Assembly (NCBI GenBank): GCA_012295275.1
Contig: CM022669.1
Coordinates: 17,670,001-17,734,000 of the forward strand
DNA from: Chrysomallon squamiferum
Lineage: Eukaryota > Animalia > Mollusca
Reading direction: 5' to 3'
DNA length: 64,000 bases
Part shown: in pieces, positions 14,227 through 26,319 of the stretch
Position numbering within the stretch: the first letter of the stretch is position 1
How the letters are laid out: each line of letters begins with the position of its first letter
The notes under the pieces: model-generated
Told to the model about the DNA's origin: nothing
The model's input: the letters and a program-made list of their open reading frames with translations, nothing else
The model's database searches: none
Program-made: the position numbers and the translations under genes

Positions 14227-17200
14227 ATTTGTAAAGCATGTCGTATTTAATTATTTATCAGGATTTTTTTAATCATTCTGTTTTATCAGTCCATGAGAAA
14301 TATATTGATTTAAAAATGATTGTAGCTGGTGAAAATTAAAATGCTGAATCATTCGTTAATCATAATTAAAAAGTTGAAAACAACAGCATTTTCAGGTTAA
14401 ATTTATTTAGGTCTATAAAACAAGGGAACTAGTGATGGGTCCTCTACAACATTTTAGTAACATGTTATTTTCTTTGAAAGGTATTTTTATTAGTGTTACG
14501 GTCAATTTTGTGCATTTTTATTATTGTCAAGATCATATTTGTGTGTCATAAGAGCCATTTTTAACTATTATTTCAATAAATATGAATCATTTCCATTAGA
14601 CATTATTTTTTTATGTAAGCATCCTTCATTGCAAATTCAATACAAAGTGATATTTAATGAGTAAAATGAACTCATCACCTGGTTCAGACTGAATAACACA
14701 TCTTGTATAATAATAGCAAAATCAATAACAATAATAATAATAAATAAATACATAATACATTTTTTTCCCTCTAGGAATAGTGAATAATTGCATGCTTCTT
14801 TTTCTACATATAGAAATATTTTTGTTAAAACTGATCATTTGTTAGTCAGTTTGTTATTTATAATAATAATGGAAGTATTATATATATATATATAAAAAAT
14901 TATAGTTTAATAATTAATAATGATCATACTCAGCAGCTGGTATTTTTCTCATTTCATTTACTGCAGATGAAAACAAACATAAACTAAAACTGATCATCAT
15001 TGTACCATTAGACTTTTTTTTTTTTTTTTTTTTTCTCTCAAAATTTTATGGTGTACAGCTTGTAGTAAATTTATGAAACATTTACATGTAGAGCTTTTAT
15101 TATTTGAAAACAATGTGATTAACATATGGGGAAAAAACACCTACCAAGACCTGCAATGTGGATTTGGTGGGTTCCCTCTGGGTTTTCCATCCCAATTAGC
15201 TATGATAACAACAGCTGCTAAACATACAGTTTATCTAACAAGCATTTTCTGTATCTTTCTTTTTTTCTTTTTTAAAGTTAACTAAGGTATACGGTGATTC
15301 CTACAGTCTATTGCCTGTTATTCCTTCAGTTTATTACAAGTCTTTCTGACAAAATCCCCTGAGAGATAAAAATAATTAAACTTGAACCAACAAGAAATTG
15401 TCTTATTTAGTTATTAGCAGTTAAAGCCACGACACAGACCTCCCACACCTGTACGAAACAAGACAATGAAAAATCTGAAGTGGACATAAAATATTATTTG
15501 TAATTATTTTCAAAGAGAAGTGCAAATCGCATCTTTAATGGATCACTCACTGGAGATGTTTCCAGCAAATCTCTGTAGAGTATATGACCTTCCCATTATT
15601 GTAATAAGTGTTGATGTACGTATGCTTTTACTAGAGGTCTCTTTTGAACCAAACATGCATTAATAATCTGTTTACATGTTTGTAAAAGACCATGACATTG
15701 CGTTATATATTCTTACTGAAGTAGAATAATCAACAAAATTATTTATAAATCAATTATGATACACAGTAGTATTCCAAACATTCATGAATTAATTCTGATG
15801 GGATGTCATTCTATGGATAAAGATCTTTTCAAACATATTTTGTTAATTCTGGTTCACTCATAAACTATCACATTTTGAATAATCAGATATGTTATTACAA
15901 TTAATCATCAATTAATTCCAATGCAGTTATTGTATATAATTTTTTGAACATTTGAAATATATATATATATATGTTCTGATTGCTTTAACTTCAGTGACAA
16001 ATAAAGATAAATACATTTGAGTAAACCATCATAGAAATATGTATTAAAAAAACCTCACTAAAATAATAACAAGAAAGGAACTGATACCACCACCAACAAC
16101 AACAACAACCAATAATAATAATAATAATAATAAACAGTAATTAAAAATGAAGTAATAAATAATACTATAAATAGACAGACAGATTGATAGAAAGGTAGAT
16201 TGGATGGATGGATGGATAGATAAAAACAATTTATCTATAATACATAAATGCCTTGTAGCAAATCATCAGTTGGCTGTGCTTGGTAGACTAATAAATACAC
16301 TTCGGCTGTCTCAAGTTATAAGTGTCCATGGTCATCTGGTCAGCAATAAATAACCAAAAAGCAAACACATACTTGAAAATGTAATGAAACATTTTTTTTT
16401 TTTTCCATCTGATAGGATTTTAGCCCTTCTTTCAGATCAAAAGAATGGCAGTGCCTGAGTTTGGTTTTAAAAAAAAAAAAAATAGATCACAGAAATAACA
16501 TTTCTCAGGAAACTTAACAAGTCAGAAATTATTTAGTCTAAAGTCTAGACTTTGAAATACTAAAAGAAAATTTAATAACCTTTAAAGTTGTTTGGATCTA
16601 AGTCATGAATGTATAGTTTGGAGAATTTTTTTTTTTAATTAGAAAGTTAAAAATAAGATATTTAGTGTTTATTTTGAATACATTCTTAATTATTAAAAAA
16701 TAATAATTTAATTAAAACAATAGAGCACTTTTACAGTTACAAAGTTATTTAGAAAAACGTAAACAGCACAGACATAAGTATTTTAAATACATTGTTTAAT
16801 ATTATTTTCTTAATCGGTAGAATAAAAACAGTCATAAAGTTATTTAGAAAACAATAACAAAGATTAGGACATTGGTATTTTAAGATTATTTTCTTAATTC
16901 AGCAGAAAAAAACCCAGCTGAAAGTTATTTAGAAAACAACATTACAGACATCAGTATTTTAAAGAAATTATTTAAATTATTTTCTTAATTCAGTAACATG
17001 TATTCTAAATCAAAAAATTTCTCAAATAAAAAACTAAATGCTCCTTAAATGAACACAAAACATGTTTCCATTTTAATGATGGTAATAAATAAATCATTTA
17101 AGATATTTGTGTTGGATCGTTATTGATATTATATCCAGTTTTCATTACTTTTAATATTCTAAAAGAGAGACTTTAAAAAATAAAAAATTAAACTCTTGGA

Positions 17201-20200
17201 AAGCTTTGAGCTTAAAATTAAGGAGTAAGACAGAATTCTAATAATATTTGGCATGAGTAAGGCATTTTAAATAATCTTGAATCTGTTAAGAAATTGGTTT
17301 TTAAAGTACAGCTATAAGTTTAAATAATTTTCTTTTCTAAGTGTAGTGTGCACTCAGTCAGACTGTTAAAATAATCTTTAAGATTCTTCAGTTAACAAAT
17401 AATTTAATTATATACTGCAACTGTGTTTTGGACAACATACAGTTTGGTGATAAATGTGATTGTCTGATATATGTTAAGTCAGTTTCCTTCATATGCATTT
17501 CCTATTCCAAAGTGTATGCTATAATTGGTGTCTGTTCAACTGTTTTGCTTTCCTGTTTTGTTTTTTTTTTTTTTTTTTTTTTAATTTAATTTTAATTTTG
17601 AAGGCAAAATTACTGGACTGCAATATCATAAGCAAATTGAAAAGAAGACCCTAATATGTATCTTGATTTTAGAATTGTTTTTCGTGTGTGTGTAAAATTT
17701 GCATTAGTTCATTTTTTTTTTTTTTTTTTGGATTCATATGTGAATTAGTTTTAATTGCATTCATTAATTAAACAAATGTATCCCATTTTCATATGCAGCA
17801 AGCAAGGGTGGTAAGTTGGTTACACCTGTATCTCTAGACGTAGTCCTGTGTTTTGGTATTAATGTTGAATAATTTCTGATGACGATAAATCAGTTCACTT
17901 ACTTAAAACTGAAAGAGTGTTGTGTGAACATGTGTACTTACATAAATCTATGTACATTTTTGTCAGCCTTCATTCCAATGTTGTTTCATGTAAAACATAA
18001 TGTGCTTTAAAATGAAAAAGAAATGTAACATAGTATTAATTGTATAAAAGAAGATATATTTTCGGTTTATTAATATACAAGATTTTTTAAATTTAATTAA
18101 ATGGACAGTGAAATACATTTTGTTACATTTCTTTTTCTCTTTGCCTGTGAGTTTATTTCAATAATAATCATGAAGTGTGTTGTTTTTTAATGTATTTGTT
18201 GTATGCTTGACAAATCATTTTCCAACTCATCTGTTGTTATCATTATTATGATCAGCAATATTAGCAGTATCCTTATTATAAAACACCCATCCACCCTGTT
18301 GTTCTGAAATGTCCCCTCTCACACACAAAAAACAAAATATATACATATAAACATAAATCCCAAATTGCATTCCAACAAAAATAACTGTTGGTGGATATCA
18401 AAGACACTTTTATATTTTAGTGTCTTGTTTATGTCCTATACAAATGAGTTGTATTTGAAGATATAAATTCTTACAATTCATGTGTAAGGATGTGTATCCT
18501 GGGTCACTAAAGGTATAGTATACGTATATTGTTGCTGCTGCTGAATAGGACAGTGACAAATCTGTGCTTTCATTATCATTTTCTCTCCATAAATTGTAAG
18601 AGTGTATCAGAATTTGACAGCATTCACACACATTCACTCATGAAGACCATTGTTAATCATTCAGCATTCATGAACTAAAGGATAAAGTCGTATTTTTAAG
18701 AGTTAGTTATAGACAACAACTGACTGTCAGAATTCAGAATATTCTTGCATATAGATCTCTATAAACATTGATATGTGTTCTGTATTATCTTCCATCAACC
18801 TTTATCATGATTCAGGAAGCACTTTTGTTACAGTTAATTCATAAATTACAGTTTTGTTTATCATGACTAAGAGGATGTTTTTCACATAAACAATCCAGTA
18901 TTGTAAACAGTGATTAAATTCTTTTATTATCGTACAGGAGACATTTTTTACACAATTTGATATCATAACTAAAATTATCTTACAATCTGATATATTAATT
19001 ATAATTTCCTTTTGTCATAACGTATCATGGAAGTAATCCACTTACATACATAGCCCTTCTTAATTTTCACTTGATTTTTAATTTAATATATATACAGCTG
19101 CCATCTTTACCTACCTGTATTTACCTGTCTTTTTTTTGGGGGTGTATTCATGTGAAACTGACAGTTATGTATATAAACCTTTTGGGTACATGCTTAACAG
19201 GTTAAACAAGGAGCTCGCATTATTTTCATCCAACATTTTGATTTTAATTCATTTGATTTAGTGACTTTTTCAAAGAGCTAGGTGTGAATTATTTGATAAG
19301 TCAGATCATAAACAAAGCTGATAATGCCAAAAGCAGAATACAAAATGTTTACAAATGGTGGAAGAGAGATATGAAAAAGAATTTAATAGCAGTTTATATT
19401 AGATTGCTGGTGTGAAAAGGTCTCATATATCATGATAAAAATAAAAACAAATAGTAAAAGGTAACTGTAGTTATAATATCAGAAAGGTATTTGTCTTCCC
19501 TCATCATTATACTGAGAGAAGAAAAAAAGACATTGAAATTTATTATATCAGATTGTTTTATGAGAAAGGCCTCATGCATAATGAATGTATTTGTGGATAT
19601 GGTACCAAACTGTATGTGAAAAATGCCTTCTGTATCATTTATTGTAATTTATTGATAGTTTAAAATGTTAGATCATGCTAAAAGAAATTGTATTTTATCT
19701 CCAATTGTATCAAAAATATGTTCTGTTTCATAATAAAAAATTATAAAGGAATAATATAGCATATACATCAATATGTAAAAAATTTGTTTCCATCTAATAT
19801 GCATAATATATAAAATACTGATAAGAATTGAGATTTTCCATCCTGAGATTGCATCAGATTTGTCTTTTTCTTATTCATTTGTGTTTTTTTTGGCTTGTCT
19901 GAGCTGAAGCCTAATATATTTTGATACATATCTTATTAGGTTTCTTGCATTTCTTTAGTTACAGCATAGTTTGCTGTCAATTTTTACCAAACATTCACTG
20001 AATCAACAAGATCATTATGATAATTTTCTTTTGTACTATAATTATTATTTCAAAATAATTTCAGAGCATATTCATAAGTATGCACAGATAAATTACATGC
20101 ATAAACACTTATTCCCAATTATATAATGCATATATTTAAACAGGGCATTAATTTTAAACTTTTATTTCTTTCTTTCATCATTCTTCTTCATTTTTTGTCT

Positions 20201-23200
20201 TATTTTTCTTTTCTTTTTTTAAAAATAAAAATGATTTGTCAGGCTCTGAATAAATTTCTTTAATGTTGTGAAAAATGCTTTACATGTTGTTACAAACATC
20301 ACTTTATTCATGTATATTCATTCAGTCATAGATTTATATAAAAAAAATAAAAAAATTCATCAGATCTTTAAATTAGATAACATATTGAAGAATTTGTTTT
20401 CAAATTACCATTTTATAGTAAAGAATTGCATGTTTCCATTAATTCATATAACATATTCCATATTTCTGGAATCATGGAGATATAAAAAAAAAAAAAAAAG
20501 AAGAAAAACAACTCAAAAATTACATCCCACCCCAACCATGAAAAAACAACAACACAACAGTAAAAAGCCAAACAGTCAATATAATTTATTATTATTTTTA
20601 TATTATTTTACTTACTGCATCATTAATGATATTCTTGCGCACAGGGAATCCCATCTGGATTTATGTTCAGTACATTCATTGATTGAAAACATTTTTATTG
20701 CCATTCTCCATGATTCTAATTATATTAATAATCATGTGGTCAGTATTGTACATATTTTCTTTTCCATTCGTTGTCATTGTTTTCAGCTTCATGTTGAAAC
20801 AAATACAAATAAATGTAACTGTTTTGTCAGTAGTTGGAAGAGTTATTTGGATATAATAAAGTAATAATAATAATAATAATGAGTAAACAAGTGTAATTTT
20901 ATTTATTTCATCTTTTTTTTTTTTAATTATTAAGGTTATTATTATTATTAAGATTATTTTTAATTTATTATTTTATAACTAAAACCAGTGCTAATCTTTA
21001 TTACTTAATTCTTAATTAACTGGCATGGATTGGTGATTGAATCAGCTTTATAGATATATTACTTTTTTATTAATGTTTCCTAAGTGTGCCAGCATTTATA
21101 TCTATCTGACTTACACTTTGTGATTGTTAATATTTCATTCAATCATTGGAACTAAAAATGAGAGAAAGATGAGATAAAAGAGTGATAATTTACGTGAAAA
21201 TCATTTTAACTTGTAAAAATTCATTTCTTTATCAGAATAATCATCGTTCATCTTAATTTGTGTTTCAAAATCTAAGAGAAAATAACCAAGTTAGCTCTTT
21301 TATCATTGAACAGTCTTCTGAGGTGTAAAATAATTTTTAAAATTCATAATCATTCGTTTTAATTTAATTTTTTTTTATCTACCCCCTTAAATGCATCATT
21401 ATACCTTTGGTACAAGGTATAAATCACATTCATTTATCTGTATTTCATGTCACAACATTGAAAAATACAATCTAAATATATTTATTTGAATGTCTGTTGA
21501 ACATTCATTTATATTTTAAAATAACAAAAGGCAAATTTATTCTCTATTTTCAGGTGAAAGGATTATTCGACACAAATCAGAAAAGATTGCAGTGGAGATC
21601 TTGGTCAACCCACAGACAGCAACAGTCCGCAGATCCCTGAAGGGTTTCCTTACTACCCAGACACCACACAAGTTTCTCCTTTACGTTGGCCATGCCTTCC
21701 AGGGCTCTGGGGCGTGGGTGCTGCAGGATGATGTCTTTACTTTTGCTAATCTGGCCCACGTGTTTAAGGACACTGATGTTGAAAATGCCATCAAGCAGAG
21801 TCCCGGGACTCAGCTGACCATGTACACACTCGCTGGACCCGACTGGAAAAGCAGCTTCTTGAAGCACGACTTCAGCAAGGAAATTCACATTGAAGTGAAC
21901 CCAGCACAGAAGCTGCACAATGTCCATGGCGTGCTTCAGTTTGCTGCCTATATTGGAAGTTTTGTCAAGACGCAGAATGTCACGACAATGTTGCACTCTT
22001 CAGAGATTGTGGGCAACATTAAGTTCAGCCGACCAACTCTGTACATCTTCCCTGGTTGTCAGGGAGATTCTGCTCTCTTTGGCATCAATGGCTTTAGCCT
22101 TCTTGTCAATGGCGGGTATAGTAGGAGGTCTTGCTTCTGGGATTTCACACGTCACTTAGATAGAATTGATGCTTTTCTGCTCACCCATTTAGGCACAGAT
22201 AATTTATTTGGCATAGGTTCTGTTCTGCAACGAAAACAGATAGAAAATGTCCATCCTGAAATTGGCTTTATGTATCTGAATTCTAGTGAAAAAACAAGAA
22301 ATTCTCCCTTGCCTAGTTTAGAAGATGTCACCCAGAAAGACCCAAGTCTACTGATCAATTTGGCTGAAGAGGGAAGCCGTCTGATAGATTATTCAAAGCA
22401 GTTAGGTCAGCTTCCCCACCCATGTTCACGCACAACTTCTGGGCCAAACCAGGAACCTGTAAATCTGTATCACAAAGTTGGTCACGGTTCATTGGATATG
22501 TATATCCTCAATCCTGTACAAGACAGCAAGGAGCTGAAGGAATTTTACATGCAGTGGAACAAGCAGGTCAACAATTTTGGAGTTCAGCAGCACTTTCCTC
22601 TACCAAATATGCTGTCCATCTGCGCTTTGCTTGTTTGGAGGCCATCCAGTCCAACTGAGAAAATCACTAGGATTTTCTTTCCAGGAAATGCTCCTCAAAA
22701 TAAAGTCATTGAGGGTCTGGAAAAGATTAAGAATTTGGACTTCTTGAAGCATCCTTTCTGCACTCAGAAAGATCTTCACCCTGTGAAAAAGACACCAGGA
22801 TCAAGAGCTACCGCAACCAAGACTACTCCAAGATCATCAGCTCCTGTCAAGACTGAACTGTCCAGAAGAACAGAGAGACCAGAACGACCGAAGCCCTCAG
22901 TACCAACAACCATGACTAGAGGAAAGGTGGCTAAAGAGGATTCTAATAAGAAAGCTGCAACAAAGACCAGGGATGTTAAAAAAGACAAAGAGAAAGAAAA
23001 AGAGAAGAAGGAGAAGTCTGATAAGTCAAAATCTTCAGCATCGTCTAGTCCTTCAAAAAGTTCTGTTTCAGCTGCCTCCCCATCAAAGAGCTTGACACCA
23101 ACTGAGTCTGCCCCTGAACCAGTTACACCCCAAGGAAAAGCAGAACCACCAGTGAAAAGTGAACCAGAACCAGTACAGCCAGCACCACCAGCTGAGCCAA

Positions 23201-26109
23201 GTGCTCCTCAGGAGCCCTTGGTAAACCATGTAAGTGAACAGCCACCTGTGACTGGTACAGAACAGGCTGTTAATTCTGTAAATGAGGCAAGAGAAACCAT
23301 TTCTCCTGAACCACTTCCAGATCCCACACAGTTTGAGCCTACCACTTATGACAGCGTACAGCAGGTGGCATCTCATCCACCTTATGATAAAGAGAAACTT
23401 GCAGAGCTTGGGATTTATGATGATGATTATGAAGAGCACGAGAAACCTGTTGCAGATACCACACTTGACAAGCAGAAACAGGAAGAATTGGGAATTTATG
23501 ATGATGATCAACAAAGATTTGAGAACACAGTCCAAAATGATGTCAGTGCAGTGAATGATAACCAGCACTCTTCAGTAACATCCCCTCTATCACCAGGGGA
23601 TGAAGACTTACTTCAACCACAAGCTTTGCCAGACCCAGTTGCAATTCCTGAACAGGCTCCTATAGATGTGGAGAGACAATTCATTAAAGAAGAAATTGTT
23701 CCAGAAGAGGCCAAAGGTGAATTTTCTGCTCCAGAGTTTCAAGAAGAAAAGGAAGAATCTGCTCCTACATGTGATGTTGATACAGCAAAAGAGGAATCAT
23801 CTGCAGTTGATATGTTTAAAGAGGAATCTCCAGCCCTTGATATGTCGAAAGAGGAATCTCCTGAACCTTGTGATATGTCAAAAGAGGAATCACCTGCACC
23901 TTGTGATATGTCAAAAGAGGAATCACCTGCTCCTTGTGATGTGTCGAAAGAGGAATCACCTGCACCTTGTGATATGACAAAAGAAGAATCACCAGCCCCT
24001 TGTGATATGACAAAAGAAGAATCACCAGCACCTTGTTATGATGAAATGAAGGATGAATCTCTTGTTTATAATGATTTGGCTCCAAAAGAACAGTCTCCTG
24101 CCCCAGGACACATGGACCCAGCACAAGATATTCCATCTTCACCAGAGCCAACAGAGGAGCCACAGGAATTTTCATACCAACATGAGCCTGCTGCTAAGGA
24201 AGAGACAAGTGCACCTTTCATGCATGAGCCTGAAGAAACTCCTGCCCAAGAATCAATAGAACAAAGTCTTCAGTATGGCATTACAGATGACCAGACTCCA
24301 CACATGGGTGGAATTAGAGAGGAGGAGGAAGAAGAAGATGCAGTCCAGTCTGAAATGAAAGGTGAAAAGGAACACTCTGTAGACCCAGAGGAATTCCAGC
24401 ATGCTTCAGCAGGATCAGCTGTTGATGCTGAAGATGATCATCATGAAGCTGGTGAATCAGAGAAGAAGCCAGAAGTGATGGACAAACAGACACTGGAAGA
24501 TTTGGGTATTTATGAAGAAGATGATCAGGAGGAAATGGGTAATGAAGACGACACTACACGTGACTCGCTTGAAAGAGATCCTAGTGCATTTGTTTACGAG
24601 AAGGAAGTAGATTTAGAGGGAGAAGATGGATCTCATCAGGAACAACAGTTTAGTTTTGAGAAAGAACATGCAGCTGAACAAATACAGCCAGATGTACTTG
24701 GTGACATAAAGGAAGAAGATGCTTCTGCCAAAGAGGGTGAAGTATCAGTAACAGAGAATAACCACTTTGAGACTGATTACAATGCTCAGATGGAAGAGTC
24801 ACATGTTGGACAAGATATATCATATGATGGCTCTGCTCATGAAATGGAAGGAGAACAAGAGTCAAATATTCCAGAGGCTTTTGAGAAAGATGACACTCCT
24901 CAGCCAAGAGAAAACCAACCCTTTGATTTTTCAGGGGCTGTGAATGAAAATGTTAATGGAACAGGGAAAATGGAAGCTAAAGAAGATGACACTGATTCAA
25001 TTGATGGAGGTACTCCAGATGATGACAAGGACATTGATGAATCATTTCCACACCATCAGGAGAAAACATCAAAAGATGCACCTGAAGAAGAACATGACAT
25101 GCCAGCCAATATGCGTCCTGAATTTGAGGCAAAAAATCCCTTTGACACAATGGACCAGCATGGATACAACCCATTTGTTGGTATTGAGGATTCAGTTTAT
25201 GAACAACAGCCTCCTGCCAATATGTCAAGCACTGAACAAGACTCTGTGAAGGAAGCAGAAAAAGAATTTGATCCTGTTGCTGAATGGGGCCAACCAATGG
25301 GACTTCCTTCCCCGTCCCCACCTGAAGAAAATAAAACTGAAGTGGCCACAGCAAATGGAATTAACCCTGATGTCACAAACAAATCTCCTAAAGCTACAAA
25401 AACAGCGAAGAATGGTACTGCTAAGACAGATGATAACAAAAAATCACCACCACGAACCAAGTCCCCAGAGAAACGATCGCCCACAAAGGCTAAACCAACT
25501 AATGGTCACACAAACAGGTCATCAGACCTGCACACAAGAACAGGCAGACCTCAGTCTGCTGCTGCTGACAAGAAGACAGAAACAAAGAGACCTGCCACTG
25601 CAAACACAGACAAGAAACCTCTCTCTCGCACCCGGCCAGCCACAGCACCTTCAACACGTCAAACAGAAACTAAAACACGAGCTGCAACAACCCGACGTCC
25701 TGCCACTGCTACTAGTCGATCTTCTCCCATAGCCAGCAGAGCTCCACCGCTTCCCCCTATGACTCCATTCTACGTGGACCTCACCTATATTCCCAACCAC
25801 GGTGATCCACTCTACAGCGATGTGGAGTTCTTCAAGAGGGTCCGGGCAAGGCATTACGTACTGAGTTCTCTGTCTCCTAATCCTCAGATACTTAACTCAC
25901 TGCTCGAGGCCAAGAAGCTCTGGGAGGATAAGGATTTGGATGTCACTGTCATTCCAACGTATGATAATGAAACGCTTCGACACTGGATGGGTCTCCACAA
26001 GGAAGACCTCGGTCAGTTGAAGATAGACGTGGCTCCGTCTGCCAGCCGCTGCACCATACAGCTGCAGGACCACGAGACCAGCTGCTCCGCTTATAGGCTT
26101 GAGTTTTAA
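13364..26109 (+). CDS. futsch: MAP1 family microtubule-associated protein (Futsch/MAP1B-like), 5'-partial; join(13364..13462,21554..26109), >=1551 aa in window
   Basis: Spliced translation GFQCWDEEVTGIDINDELSQIANRAALGSEGPNG|ERIIRHKSEKIAVEILVNP...VGNIKFSRPTLYIFPGCQGDSALFGINGF...CFWDFTRHLDRID...NLYHKVGHGSLDMY...ALLVWRP...RIFFPGNAPQNK. C-terminal light-chain region FYVDLTYIP...FFKRVRARHYV...VIPTYD...SASRCTIQLQDHETSCSAYRLEF. All are hallmark MAP1/Futsch motifs. The phase-1 intron 13463-21553 is GT-AG. Confidence 0.95.
16741..16995. repeat. Triplicated ~85-95-bp unit (aaagttatttagaaaa...gacat..gtattttaa...ttattttcttaatt)
   Basis: Copies at 16741, 16837 and 16921. Confidence 0.8.
21554..26109 (+). 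CDS. futsch: MAP1/Futsch terminal coding exon (4556 nt)
   Basis: ttttcag|GTGAAAGG acceptor at 21553; contains the 1505-aa ORF, whose GTG 'start' at 21592 is internal; stop TAA 26107-26109. Confidence 0.95.
23749..24117 (+). repeat. Coding tandem repeat in Futsch: KEESPAPCDM[ST], six near-perfect 33-nt units (23848-24045) plus degenerate flanks
   Basis: Units aaagaggaatcacctgc(a/t)ccttgtgatatg(t/a)c start at 23848, 23881, 23914, 23947, 23980 and 24013. Confidence 0.95.
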
Positions 26110-26275
26110 ATGAACCGTGACCAAGATGTTACAGTTGCAGAAATCAGGTCTCAGATGGCTTTTCTTTTCTGCTGTTAGGCTGAGGTTTTTGAATGATGTG
26201 TGTGAACATGTGTATGAAATGGAGTCCATTATTAAGCAGTGTTGTTGGTTGATTGCTGATTTAGTTGAAATGTTT

Positions 26276-26319
<44 letters not shown>

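Noticed and set aside
15135-15200. gtgggttccctctgggttttccatccca, resembling a V-domain SINE core
   Set aside because: Too short and degenerate to call
20268-20864. 198-aa ORF in the Futsch intron
   Set aside because: Composition mirrors AT-rich intron with poly-A runs; no splice-compatible boundaries or recognisable homology
21577-26317. Many overlapping and antisense ORFs within the Futsch exon
   Set aside because: Shadows of the main frame and its repeats; no independent splice or start signals, no recognisable domains
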